A stretch of DNA of 64,000 nucleotides from an uncultured Christensenella sp. (GCA_910579205.1 CAJTTD010000011.1:4417-68416); one strand, 5' to 3'. Numbered from the stretch's first letter, positions 7,813 through 17,465 are shown. Made by a program: numbers and translations. The notes: generated by a model from the sequence alone, not told the origin.

Positions 7813-8844
7813 CTATAAGCACAATGTGCGAAGCAGCTTTCCCAATTTTAAACGCTTGCCCGCGGACATATCGAGCCCTATCAAGCAATACTCGTTATGA
7901 TACGCGCCGCATACGCAATAACCTTGCTCGTGTTCGAAAAACGGGCGATCCGAATATTGCGAAAGAGTATGAACGGGCGGCGGAGTTTTTACGTCGAAGC
8001 CCTCGTCTTTTATTCGCGCCGCGTGTTTTGCGCACTTGGCAAACGCGTATGTCGCCGCGTCCCCGTCGGTAGGCGGCGCTATGCATTCGGTTATTTTCAA
8101 AAGCAGTTCGAGATTGGCTTTCGCCCGTTCGGTTATCTTGTCGGCGGGATCGAGCAGCGCGCAATCGAGCGCGGCTATGGCGTTATGCATTCTGTAATCG
8201 TGATTTTCGCCGTCCGAATAGACTATACGCGCAAAGGCTTTCGCCTCGTCCGAGCCGTCGCCGCATACAAGCGCGCCGCCGCCGCCCGATACCCTTTTGC
8301 AAAACGATATAACGCCGAGGTCGCCGTTGCTGCCGCACGGCTTGCCCTTGTATTTGCCGCCGAACGCGTCGCACGCGAGTTCTATCACGGAAACGCCGTA
8401 ACTCTTGCAAAGCGGTATCAACGCGTCGAAGTCTGCTACCGCGCCGAACGCATTGTCTATAACGACGGCTTTGGGCAGTTTGTTTTGCAGTTGCGCCCAC
8501 AAAAATGCGGTGTCGAGCGCGAGTTCGGATACGCAGCGCGTTGCGGGGTCGCAGTCGATAAACACGGGAACTCCGCCCGCATGCGCGACGGTGGAAATAT
8601 TCGTATAAAACGTATACGACGGAACAAAAACATAGTCGCCGCCTCGCACTCCGCATATGTGCAATGCCGTATGTAACGCTCCGTCGGCAGAACTCATGGC
8701 GACCGTATTTTTGCCGTATCGCTGTTTCAGTTCGGACTGCAAACGCGCAACATAATCGACTCCCGACATGGAATCGCACAGCGCGCCCGCCGCACCGCCC
8801 TTTCTGTCTATAAATATCATGCGTATAGTATGTGCAGTATGCAC
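7813..8844 (-). CDS. DegT/DnrJ/EryC1/StrS-family PLP-dependent aminotransferase-like protein
   Basis: Supporting motifs are SSADGALHTALHICGVRGGDYVFVPSYTF..AGGVPVFIDCD and ISFCKRVSGGGGAL. The start is GTG 8844; ATG 8820 is an alternative. Confidence 0.65.
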   Translation of the reverse strand: MHTAHTIRMIFIDRKGGAAGALCDSMSGVDYVARLQSELKQRYGKNTVAMSSADGALHTALHICGVRGGDYVFVPSYTFYTNISTVAHAGGVPVFIDCDPATRCVSELALDTAFLWAQLQNKLPKAVVIDNAFGAVADFDALIPLCKSYGVSVIELACDAFGGKYKGKPCGSNGDLGVISFCKRVSGGGGALVCGDGSDEAKAFARIVYSDGENHDYRMHNAIAALDCALLDPADKITERAKANLELLLKITECIAPPTDGDAATYAFAKCAKHAARIKDEGFDVKTPPPVHTLSQYSDRPFFEHEQGYCVCGAYHNEYCLIGLDMSAGKRLKLGKLLRTLCL

Positions 8845-8969
8845 TGCGCATAATTCACCGTAAATTTATGCCGCATATATATAATGAAAGCACGCCGCCC
8901 GACAGAGCCTACGGTATAGGCGCGCAGTGCGGCTTAGGCTTACGGGTCAGAGCACCGAACGGCTAACTC

Positions 8970-8998
8970 TTGACAATATCGGGCGCGCGGCGTATAAT
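8970..8998 (+). promoter_or_regulatory. Consensus sigma-A promoter for the DUF2207-like gene pair
   Basis: TTGACA (8970-8975), a 17-nt spacer, then TATAAT (8993-8998), about 33 nt upstream of ATG 9031. Confidence 0.6.
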
Positions 8999-9030
8999 TA
9001 AACGGTAAATTTCTATCAAAGGAGTTGCGC

Positions 9031-10086
9031 ATGGTGTATTTATCGGCGGCGTCGCTGTTCACTACCGTATATCACATCTTTGCGATCGTCGTATACTGTT
9101 GCATTGCCGCTATAGTCGTGCTTATGCTTATTTTCGGATTGCGGGCGCGCAGAAACGTTAAAAAGGAACGGGTAACGCGCATGCCCGACGGATTTTCCCC
9201 GCTCGACGTCAAGCGCATATTCATAGGCAAAACTTATCCGCGAAGGCTTACGCGCGCGCTCATCGCGCACTGGGCGCAGCGCGGGTTCATAAACGTAAAA
9301 TATGTTAGCAGATACCGCGTCAAGATACACAAGCTCAAAGACATGCCCAAGCACGACGACGAAACGGCGTTCTTTTTCGACCGCGGTACTTACGTGCGCG
9401 AGCGCGACATGTTTTACCATGTTATAGGAAATTACAAAAACGGCAAGACGATAAACCTTTTGCGCCCGTTGTTTACCAAAGACGCAGCCAAATCGATATG
9501 CAACGGTTACGCCGTAAAGGAATACGAAGGCGTTTACACTGCGCTGCATTTCCGTTTGAAAATAACCGCGCTCGTGCTGTCGGTATTGCCGCTGATATCG
9601 GCGGTTATATGGTCGGGCTACGAATCGGGCAATTATATGGGACTTCTTATGATAGGTACGGGCGTTATAGGAATGTTCGTACTTATGTTCGCGCACGGCA
9701 TGCCCATAGTTTTTAAGTTTCTCTGGTGCGGACTTTGGTTGGGCGCGTCGATCGGATCTTTGATAGCCATGTTTATGTCGCTCGAATACGACCCGCTGCT
9801 TATAGGCTATATTTCGGTCGGCATATTCTTTTTGGGTCCGCTGTTTTTTATAAGATTTATAGATTACCGCGCCAAAAACAATCTCGCCGACTACTCCGAC
9901 CTCGTGAACTTCCGTAAGTTTCTGCTGTTTGCGCCACGATCGGAAGTAGACAAACTCGACTATTACGAAACGCTGCCTTTATTGTACGCGTTGAATATAA
10001 AAACGCTCGTGCGTGGCAAATTTTCGCGCAAGGACGAATTGCCGCAGTGGTACAAATCGGACGGAAAAAGGAGCGCGCTGTTATGA
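9031..10086 (+). CDS. DUF2207-like polytopic membrane protein (paralogue 1)
   Basis: ORF 9025..10086. ATG 9031 follows an AAAGGAG RBS. After TM1 comes PDGFSPLDV...LIAHWAQRGFI, then a TM cluster, then the C-terminal F.KFLL...E.DKL motif. Confidence 0.6.
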   Translation: MVYLSAASLFTTVYHIFAIVVYCCIAAIVVLMLIFGLRARRNVKKERVTRMPDGFSPLDVKRIFIGKTYPRRLTRALIAHWAQRGFINVKYVSRYRVKIHKLKDMPKHDDETAFFFDRGTYVRERDMFYHVIGNYKNGKTINLLRPLFTKDAAKSICNGYAVKEYEGVYTALHFRLKITALVLSVLPLISAVIWSGYESGNYMGLLMIGTGVIGMFVLMFAHGMPIVFKFLWCGLWLGASIGSLIAMFMSLEYDPLLIGYISVGIFFLGPLFFIRFIDYRAKNNLADYSDLVNFRKFLLFAPRSEVDKLDYYETLPLLYALNIKTLVRGKFSRKDELPQWYKSDGKRSALL

Positions 10087-11228
10087 ATATTGCTGTTTAC
10101 GTTATCTGCGGAATACTCATAGGCGCTGCGCCCATAGCGGCGATAGCACTGTTTGTTATAGGCAAAGTAAAGCTGTCCCGCGCGCTCAGACCTATAGAAT
10201 ATTATCCGCCGCGCGGTTTTTCGCCTATCGACGTACTTATAAAGTATTATTCCAAATTCGCCGATCCGCACAAACTGTTCAATCCGCTCATACTGTATTG
10301 GGCGGACAAAGGCTTTATAACTATAGAAGAGGACTGTAAGCGCGGGCTTAAGCTGACAAAACTCCGACCGCTGACGCCACCCGCGGAAAATGCCGAATAT
10401 AACTCCGTAAAAAAATACTATAGGAACAAGATCAAGGCTACGGAAGCCGAACGCGAGCAGACACGCTACGCCAAGCGCAACAAAAAAACGGAATACACTT
10501 GGAAGGGTTCGCCCGAGTGCGAGCAAAATTTCGAGCTGGAAAAAAAGCTTTTCGACGAGATATTCTTAACGAGCGACGTGTTTTATACGCTCGCCGCAGA
10601 TGACTTCTACAAAAGCAAGTTGGACGACTTCATGACTGAATGTCGGTCGGCGGCGCGCCGTCAAAACTCCAAGGCTTCGCTCAAAGCGGACATTGCGGTA
10701 AGCGTTTCGGCAATGCTCGCCTTGATCGTATCCACCGTTATTTGCGGCGCGACCTTGCGCGACCCCATACTGTTGACTATGATATTCCCCATAGTCGGTG
10801 TGGTGGCGATAAGGCTCATTCCGTCCAAAGAAATGCTGTATTTTAAATATCCGTTTTTCGCCGTATGGGGCGGCGCGCCGCTCGGCGCTATGATAGCCTC
10901 CGCGCCTCACGACTGCGCGATACTTTTGGGCGTTGCTGTAGCGTCGGCGTTTTTATGCGTCAACGTCATAGCGCCCAATATAGATCTGCGCTCGGCAAAA
11001 GACCTCGATATCTACGGGCGCATAGACGCGTTTAAAACGTTTTTGCTCGATGCGGAAAAAGACAGGCTCGAACTGCTCGTCGCCGACGACCCCGATTATT
11101 TTTACGATATTCTTCCCCATTGCTATATTCTTAATATAACGAAAAAGCTAAAACCCAAATTCGACCGCATAAGCATGGACGGGCCGAGCTGGTACTTAGG
11201 CGATCTGCGCGACACATTGATGTTTTAA
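10083..11228 (+). CDS. DUF2207-like polytopic membrane protein (paralogue 2)
   Basis: ORF 10047..11228. ATG 10083 overlaps the upstream stop (ATGA) and follows an AAAGGAG RBS. It has the same layout as paralogue 1: PPRGFSPIDV...LILYWADKGFI and FKTFLLDAEKDRL. Confidence 0.6.
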   Translation: MNIAVYVICGILIGAAPIAAIALFVIGKVKLSRALRPIEYYPPRGFSPIDVLIKYYSKFADPHKLFNPLILYWADKGFITIEEDCKRGLKLTKLRPLTPPAENAEYNSVKKYYRNKIKATEAEREQTRYAKRNKKTEYTWKGSPECEQNFELEKKLFDEIFLTSDVFYTLAADDFYKSKLDDFMTECRSAARRQNSKASLKADIAVSVSAMLALIVSTVICGATLRDPILLTMIFPIVGVVAIRLIPSKEMLYFKYPFFAVWGGAPLGAMIASAPHDCAILLGVAVASAFLCVNVIAPNIDLRSAKDLDIYGRIDAFKTFLLDAEKDRLELLVADDPDYFYDILPHCYILNITKKLKPKFDRISMDGPSWYLGDLRDTLMF

Positions 11229-11293
11229 GCCAAAATTCGGCTTACTCAAATACCGTCAGTTCGTTTGCGTGCAAGTAACTATCCGCTCGATAT

Positions 11294-12133
11294 CTATCGC
11301 TTAAAGTCTGGCGTATACTTTGCATCCGCCGAATCGAAGTCTTGAAAATATCCGTTTTTAAATCCGAGCGACATAGCATGGTTTGCCGCTATCTTGTACT
11401 CTATTTTTTTAAGCTTTGCGTTAGGCTCGCCCGTGCCGTTTGGCGTGAACTGGCTCATAAGCGAAATGACCGTATCCGCACCAAGATATTCCTTTATAAT
11501 ATCGAGCGCCTTTATCGAATTATCCACGTTTTCGGGCAAGACCAAATGTCTGACTATAAGACCGCGCTCGAGCGTTCTTTTCCCGTCCGCCGTATTCCAT
11601 TCGTCCGATACGGCTTCGCGCATGGCGACAAGCGCGCGAAGCGCGGTATCCTTGTAGTCGGAGGCGTTGGAATACCGTTTTGCCGCGCCGTCATCCGCGT
11701 ACTTGAAATCTGTCAAAAATACTTGCGTGAACATTGACGCGCGCCGTACTGCTTCTACCGTTTCGTAGCCCGACGTGTTATACACTACCCTATGCGGTTT
11801 TTTACACAGCGGTATCGCGCGTTCTATAGCCGAAAGCCACGGCGTGGGCGTTACGAGATCGAGAGAATACGCTTTGTCAAACAATGCTGCAAGCCCGCGA
11901 TCGTCATACTCCGTACCGACGGGCGTTTTGCTTATCGCCGCGTTTTGGCAATAAGAACATCCGAGATTGCAGCCGCCGAAAAACACCGCGGCGACTTCAC
12001 CCAAACACGGTTCTTCGTACTCGAACCGCTCTATAAATTTGTTTACTACGGCTTTTGCTCCGCAGCGGCAATACCCCGTTTGCCCGCCGTCGCGGTCCGC
12101 TCCGCACGCCCGCGGGCAGTCGTAACACTTCAT
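11294..12133 (-). CDS. PflX-like radical SAM protein (pyruvate formate-lyase-activase-related)
   Basis: The N-terminus reads MKCYDCPRACGADRDGGQTGYCRCG. FFGGCNLGCSYCQNAAIS supplies the CxxxCxxC motif. The start overlaps the DUF2726 gene stop (ATGA). Confidence 0.7.
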   Translation of the reverse strand: MKCYDCPRACGADRDGGQTGYCRCGAKAVVNKFIERFEYEEPCLGEVAAVFFGGCNLGCSYCQNAAISKTPVGTEYDDRGLAALFDKAYSLDLVTPTPWLSAIERAIPLCKKPHRVVYNTSGYETVEAVRRASMFTQVFLTDFKYADDGAAKRYSNASDYKDTALRALVAMREAVSDEWNTADGKRTLERGLIVRHLVLPENVDNSIKALDIIKEYLGADTVISLMSQFTPNGTGEPNAKLKKIEYKIAANHAMSLGFKNGYFQDFDSADAKYTPDFKR

Positions 12134-12705
12134 TTCAGCGCTGCCTTCAGCACCGTCTTTTTAACGGTCGCATAGCTTAGGTCTCCGTCCAACCAAAACG
12201 TAACGAGCGGGATACCTGCGTCCGCGCAAATTGCCGCTACCTTTTCGTCGCGCAGCTTCCTATCCTTGCGCAAGTGCGAACGGTCGTTAAGTTCGACGAG
12301 CAAAAGCGGCTCAAACGTGTCGCGGTCTACAAAGCAATAATCGCAAATGCGGAACAGTTCGTTTCTATACGAAGTGTTGGTCTTTTTATCTACCACGCTC
12401 AATAGCGCAACTTGGGGAACTACTTCGTACTTTTCGGGCGATATCTGTCTTAAAGTAAGCAAAAAATTATATTCGGGACGACTGATCATGTTTAGTTTGC
12501 GCTCGTACTTTGCATTGAGCTTTACCTTCTCTTTGGGCGTGTAAAACAAGCCCACGAGGCACAGCGCAATAAACAACATGCCCACGACTGTCATTATCCA
12601 AAACGTGTCTGCGGCGAACGCGCGAAAGAACGGCAACAGACTGAACGCGAAAAGCGTCAGCCCTATAAAGAAAAACAATACGTATAATGCTTTTTTGAAC
12701 TTCAT
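12130..12705 (-). CDS. Membrane-anchored DUF2726 (PD-(D/E)xK nuclease-like fold) protein
   Basis: Two N-terminal TM helices are followed by SRPEYNFLLTL...VVPQVALLSVV...ICDYCFVDRDTFEPLLLVELNDRSH...RDEKVAAICADAGIPLV, which is the DUF2726 pattern. Confidence 0.7.
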   Translation of the reverse strand: MKFKKALYVLFFFIGLTLFAFSLLPFFRAFAADTFWIMTVVGMLFIALCLVGLFYTPKEKVKLNAKYERKLNMISRPEYNFLLTLRQISPEKYEVVPQVALLSVVDKKTNTSYRNELFRICDYCFVDRDTFEPLLLVELNDRSHLRKDRKLRDEKVAAICADAGIPLVTFWLDGDLSYATVKKTVLKAALK

Positions 12706-12807
12706 TGTATATCACCCATAAAACCGTTAGCCGCTCTGCTGTCGCGGTCTCACACTGCGCCCATATCGGAACGACGCATTATCTAATATATGCCCGTCTT
12801 TTGTCTG

Positions 12808-14253
12808 TCAGTCTTGCGTATTGTTTTGCGGCGCATTATCTTCGCCCGTCGCTTGTGTTTCCGTTGCAATGTCTTCGGCTTGCGCTTCGCTTTGCGCGCC
12901 GCCGGCGGGCTGCCGTTCGCTTGACCGCGGAATGCGGAACACCGCATAAAACAGCGCGGACGCCGCCATCATTCCTGCGTGAGAATACCAGCATGCGCCC
13001 GCAATGTATTTAACGCTCTTCCCGTTGTCTTGCAAGCTCGATGTGATAGCCGCGGACGACGCTATAAGGGCTATCGACATCAAAGCGGCAACCACGGAAA
13101 GAAATGCGAAAAAGCCGTTATTGTCCGCAGCGTTCCTATATTGACGATCCAAAGCCAAGACGGTTACGGCTACCGAAACCAAACATGCCACTATGCCGAG
13201 AACATTCGCCGCGGCAAGCGCGCCGCCGGGGATCTTCAGCCCCGTAGTAAGCATTGCCGTTACCCATGAATAGTACGCCGTGCCCACAGTCCCGGGATAG
13301 TACAAATACCGCCCGCCCAGTCCGTTTACGTAAACGGTATACGACGGCATTGCGGCAAGCGCAAGCACCGACGCCGATATCGTGGCGGCTATCGCTCCGT
13401 TCTTTATCTTTACGGCAAGACCCGTCGTCTCGCACAATAGGCTTCGTGCAAGACCCATACAAAAATAAACTATCACGCTCAAACAAGCGAGCGCGAGCGG
13501 CGACGCCGCGGGCGGGAACATCGGATTGAATATGCACATCATCATTCCCGTGATCGACAGCACGGTAAATATGCGCAAAAATATCAAGCCCTCGCCGAAC
13601 TTCTTTTTCGTAGCCAACGCGACCGCCGCGAATACAAGCGCTATTACGGACGCGAGCATTATAAAAATATTGACGAGCGCATTGAGCATGCCGAGCACAC
13701 AACCGGCAAACAGCGCTTCGTAAGCTCCGACATTGTCCGCTTGCAATGCCGTTTCGAGCATATCGAGCGCTATCAAATTCATGCGTGAGAGATTGTCTGC
13801 AAACATGTCTTGAAAAGCGGCGCTGTTTGCGGAGACGCCTTTTTTAGCGGCTTGGTCTACGGTCGCTTGATAAATATCGCGATACTGCGCGCGCAAACCG
13901 TCGAGCTGCGCCTTTGCCGTTTGATACTTGTCGAGATCGGTCGGAATGCCAGTAGTTTTGCTTCTCAGCGTGCCCGCCGCGCCCAACGCGCCCGCCGCGC
14001 CGAACAGTTTAAAAACCGACTGGTGCACGCGCGTGTTTTGATACACGAGCACGTGCGCGCCTTCTTCTTTGTCGTTTGTACCGACCGTGTGCAGCACTTC
14101 CTTATTGGAGTAATACTGAAAGGGCGCAAAAAGCGCAACAAAAAACAAGGCGAGCGACAGAGCGATCACGGCGCAAATAAACAACACAGTGCTTTTTGCC
14201 GCCAAATTGCGCTTATCTAACAAACTCTTTGCCTTGTCTTTTATGCTTGACAT
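12808..14253 (-). CDS. Polytopic membrane protein, unknown function
   Basis: ATG start. The protein has one TM helix, then a ~130-aa soluble segment, then about 8 hydrophobic helices and an acidic, Q-rich tail. Confidence 0.6.
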   Translation of the reverse strand: MSSIKDKAKSLLDKRNLAAKSTVLFICAVIALSLALFFVALFAPFQYYSNKEVLHTVGTNDKEEGAHVLVYQNTRVHQSVFKLFGAAGALGAAGTLRSKTTGIPTDLDKYQTAKAQLDGLRAQYRDIYQATVDQAAKKGVSANSAAFQDMFADNLSRMNLIALDMLETALQADNVGAYEALFAGCVLGMLNALVNIFIMLASVIALVFAAVALATKKKFGEGLIFLRIFTVLSITGMMMCIFNPMFPPAASPLALACLSVIVYFCMGLARSLLCETTGLAVKIKNGAIAATISASVLALAAMPSYTVYVNGLGGRYLYYPGTVGTAYYSWVTAMLTTGLKIPGGALAAANVLGIVACLVSVAVTVLALDRQYRNAADNNGFFAFLSVVAALMSIALIASSAAITSSLQDNGKSVKYIAGACWYSHAGMMAASALFYAVFRIPRSSERQPAGGAQSEAQAEDIATETQATGEDNAPQNNTQD

Positions 14254-14335
14254 TATTTATTTCCGATTTTTTGTTACAGCGATATTTTGTTTGCCCGTCG
14301 CCGCTTCACGGTCGGGGATCTTGCTCGCCCTTAGG

Positions 14336-15265
14336 TCATTCGCCGTCGGGCTTTGACGTTTTGTCGCGCCGTGCGAGATCTTTGGGCATAATTACTATAA
14401 AACGGTGCGGCTCTTTGCCCTCGGATGCCGTTACAACGCGATCGTCGTCCGTCAAAGCGTAATGCACTGTCCGCCTGTCCGCGCGCTCCATGGGTTCGAG
14501 TTTTATCCTACGGTGCTTTGCGACACACTCGTCTGCTCTGCGTTTTGCCATTGCGGTAAGCGACGCCGCGCGTCTGTCGCGGTAACCGTTGCAGTCCACC
14601 GTTATGTTTATGCGGCACTTTTCCGCGCGCGCGCCCGTTTCCGCAAGATAGCCTATAGCCGAAAGCGTTTCGCCGTGCCGACCGATTATGAGCGAGTCGT
14701 CGCCCGACGGCGCGGTTATGTTTATGCGTTCGCCGTCGCCTTCTACCGTAGCGTCCGCAAAGCCCATTTTTACCAAAAGCTCTTTTACGAACGCAAGTGC
14801 GTTATCCGCCGCATGCTTGTCTTCTTCGCGCAACTTTTTGGGTTCTTTGTTTTCCGCTTTTTTGGGCTGCTCGACGGGTTTTGCCTTTTGCTCGTTCGGC
14901 TTTTTTACTTTTTCCGTAGGGCGCGGCTTATCTGCCGTGTCGCGCTTTTTGCCGTCCGCCGACGCGTTTTCCGAGGCTGCCGCGCGCTCCCTTTCCTTCT
15001 TCTCCGATTTTTGTTTATCAGCCACAACGGTCTTTTCTTGAGCCTTTTTGTCCGCGGGCGCGGCGGCGCTTTCATTTTCTGTTTTCTCAGTTTCCGATCC
15101 CGTTTGCGCTTGCTCCGTTTCGAGCGTGAGGCGAACTTTGGCTTTGCGGAAAAGCCCGCCCGCATCTACCACTTCGACGTTTACCTCGTCGAGCGTCGCG
15201 CCGAGCTGCTTTAGCCCTTGATTTATAGCGTCGTCTATCTTTTTCGCCGTAACTTCTATTGTCAT
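14336..15265 (-). CDS. khpB: Jag/KhpB RNA-binding protein (Jag_N, KH and R3H domains) with a long charged linker
   Basis: The N-terminus MTIEVTAKKIDDAINQGLKQLGATLDEVNVEVVD is Jag_N-like. The C-terminus has KH and R3H segments (PMERADRRTVHYAL). It follows yidC, which is the conserved position. Confidence 0.85.
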   Translation of the reverse strand: MTIEVTAKKIDDAINQGLKQLGATLDEVNVEVVDAGGLFRKAKVRLTLETEQAQTGSETEKTENESAAAPADKKAQEKTVVADKQKSEKKERERAAASENASADGKKRDTADKPRPTEKVKKPNEQKAKPVEQPKKAENKEPKKLREEDKHAADNALAFVKELLVKMGFADATVEGDGERINITAPSGDDSLIIGRHGETLSAIGYLAETGARAEKCRINITVDCNGYRDRRAASLTAMAKRRADECVAKHRRIKLEPMERADRRTVHYALTDDDRVVTASEGKEPHRFIVIMPKDLARRDKTSKPDGE

Positions 15266-15295
15266 GATATTATTCCTTTGCCTTCGGTCGGCAGC

Positions 15296-16717
15296 TTATT
15301 TTTTCTTTTTGTTCCGCTCCGCCGACATGTCGGCATTCAACAGCGCGTTGGGATCGGGTCTGCCGCTCTGCTTGAGCGCAACAACGGGGCGGTCTTTGTC
15401 CGCCTTTTGCTTTTTGGCTTTTTTGTCATTGCCCGATATTTCCGCAGAAGTCTCATGCGCAGCCGCGCCTTGAACGGCTACTACCGCCTCGCGCGCGCCC
15501 GCATTGGGGTTTGCACCCTTTACATAGTGTATTATAGCCGATTTTTTGCCCGACGCTACACGCGTGCTGCCCGTAGATATGCCGTAGTTGCGCGACTTTT
15601 TGCGGCGATCCATCAACTTGATTATCGACGTGGATACCACGTTCAAAAACAGCGTTACCGCACTGTTGGTTACCATGTACAGAGTGAATATGGACGCGTA
15701 CTGTATAGCGAATGTCGCCATGATGAACGGCATTACAAACATCATTACTTTCATGCTCGTAGCCGCGCCGCCCGTGGCGCTCACCTGTCCCGCGCGCTTT
15801 TGCTGGATCATGGAAAGTATCTGCGTTCCCACCGACAACAGAACGACGAGCACGGGCAGTATAAGGTATCCGTTGGTTCGGCTTTGACCGGAATCGCTTA
15901 ACAGCTTGCCCATAACGCGTTCGTACTTAGGCGCGCTCATAAGATCGGCGAGCACGTCGCCGTCAAGTCCGTTTTTGTCGTGCTTGGAGTATTTATCCAC
16001 GGCTTTGGAAAACGAATCGTAGTCCATGATGGCTTTATTGCCCCACGGCACATCGGGCGCCCAAATGTTTTTTATCCACAAGAACGACGCTTGTACTTTT
16101 TTGGTCGGCTCTAGCGAAAACTCGTCCGACAGCCCGTACTTTTCGCGCAGCGACTGCACGTATCCGTCGTCAATGCCGTCGTAATACAGCTTGTATACGA
16201 CGTCTTGACCTATCTCTACAGACGTGCTTTCGTCCTTATTTTCGGACTGGGCGAGATCGTATGCGATATTGTATTCGTCGTACAGCGTGGCGTATTCTTT
16301 TAACATCATGTACTGCCCGACGGTGTTCATGGAAAGCCACAGCGTTATGAAAACGACCATCGTGGCTATCATGGGCAAGCACGACGAAAAATAGCTATAG
16401 CCCTCTTTGCGGTTAAGCTCCATTTGCTTTTGCGAAAACGCTTGCTTATCGCCGCCGCATTGCTTTTGGATCTTGTCCATAGTGGGCTTGAGCCGTTCGG
16501 TTATTTTTTGGTTCTTGTGCATTTTGTACCGCTGATAAAAATCGAGCGGCGACAGCACGAGCTTTAACAGAATGGTGAATACGACGATCCGCCATCCGTA
16601 ATCGGCAATAAAATCGAATACGTTGAGTATGAGCAAGTGCCACATCTTGCCCGGCGCGGTTATGCCCGTTGCCACGCTCGCGTTCATAAACGATATTATC
16701 GAGTTTAAAACAGCCAT
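15296..16717 (-). CDS. yidC: YidC/Oxa1-family membrane protein insertase
   Basis: ORF 15296..16906. Start set to ATG 16715-16717. ILLKLVLSPLDFYQRYKMHKNQ is the YidC core, and the C-terminal tail is basic. The longer ORF runs across yidD. Confidence 0.85.
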   Translation of the reverse strand: MAVLNSIISFMNASVATGITAPGKMWHLLILNVFDFIADYGWRIVVFTILLKLVLSPLDFYQRYKMHKNQKITERLKPTMDKIQKQCGGDKQAFSQKQMELNRKEGYSYFSSCLPMIATMVVFITLWLSMNTVGQYMMLKEYATLYDEYNIAYDLAQSENKDESTSVEIGQDVVYKLYYDGIDDGYVQSLREKYGLSDEFSLEPTKKVQASFLWIKNIWAPDVPWGNKAIMDYDSFSKAVDKYSKHDKNGLDGDVLADLMSAPKYERVMGKLLSDSGQSRTNGYLILPVLVVLLSVGTQILSMIQQKRAGQVSATGGAATSMKVMMFVMPFIMATFAIQYASIFTLYMVTNSAVTLFLNVVSTSIIKLMDRRKKSRNYGISTGSTRVASGKKSAIIHYVKGANPNAGAREAVVAVQGAAAHETSAEISGNDKKAKKQKADKDRPVVALKQSGRPDPNALLNADMSAERNKKKK

Positions 16718-16989
16718 TTCATATCTCCATAAGGGTTGTCCGGAACGGGGTCGAAACCGCCCGCTTTCCACGGCACGCAGCGCAATAAACGTTTTGTGCC
16801 GAGGAATATCCCCGCGATAACGCCGAACTTGCGTATGGCTTCGACCATGTATGTCGAGCAGCTCGGCGTATATATGCACACGTCGGGCGTAAGCGGCGAT
16901 ATGCATTTTTTGTAAAAATACACAAGCCCCAAAAACAACCAGCGAAACGTGAGTATGCTTTTGATAATGCGTTTTGTCCTGCGCGTCAT
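16705..16989 (-). CDS. yidD: Membrane protein insertion efficiency factor YidD
   Basis: It carries YKKCISPLTPDVCIYTPSCSTYMVEAIRKFG. It overlaps the rnpA stop (ATGA) and the yidC start. Confidence 0.9.
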   Translation of the reverse strand: MTRRTKRIIKSILTFRWLFLGLVYFYKKCISPLTPDVCIYTPSCSTYMVEAIRKFGVIAGIFLGTKRLLRCVPWKAGGFDPVPDNPYGDMKWLF

Positions 16990-17315
16990 TTTACTATACC
17001 CGCGCGCTCGAACAGCCGCACAAGCTCGCCGTCGAGTACGGCGTAATCCTTGTGCGCCGCCGACGGGTTGGCGGAGACCACTGCTTGACAGCCGCTCATG
17101 CGCGGAAGCATTGCGGCTACGGACTCGCGCAATCTGCGCTTTACCTTGTTGCGCACCACGGCTTTCCCGACCTTGTTTGATACGGAAAAACCCACCCGCA
17201 CCGATCGCGCGGGTGTGAATATCAAAACAACGTCCGGCTCGGAAAACCTTCTGCCGTTACGGTAAACATAGGAATACGAACCGTGCTTATTAAGTCTGTG
17301 CGCCTTGGCAAGCAA
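16986..17315 (-). CDS. rnpA: RNase P protein component
   Basis: It carries LNKHGSYSYVYRNG and VGFSVSNKVGKAVVRNKVKRRLRE. The TTG start comes directly after the rpmH stop. Confidence 0.9.
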   Translation of the reverse strand: MLAKAHRLNKHGSYSYVYRNGRRFSEPDVVLIFTPARSVRVGFSVSNKVGKAVVRNKVKRRLRESVAAMLPRMSGCQAVVSANPSAAHKDYAVLDGELVRLFERAGIVK

Positions 17316-17465
17316 TTACTTTCCGAGCGGTCTGGGCGTGAGGTTGGCTCTGCCCTTGTTACGACGGCGGGAAAGAGTTCTTCTTCCGCCCTGCGTCTTC
17401 ATTCTTTGGCGGAAACCGTGGACTTTGCGCTGTGCGCGTTTTTTGGGTTGATACGTTCTTTTCAT
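17316..17465 (-). CDS. rpmH: 50S ribosomal protein L34
   Basis: Too short for the ORF track. My translation reads [49 protein letters not shown] then TAA. A GGAGAT RBS lies upstream. Confidence 0.95.
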   Translation of the reverse strand: MKRTYQPKKRAQRKVHGFRQRMKTQGGRRTLSRRRNKGRANLTPRPLGK

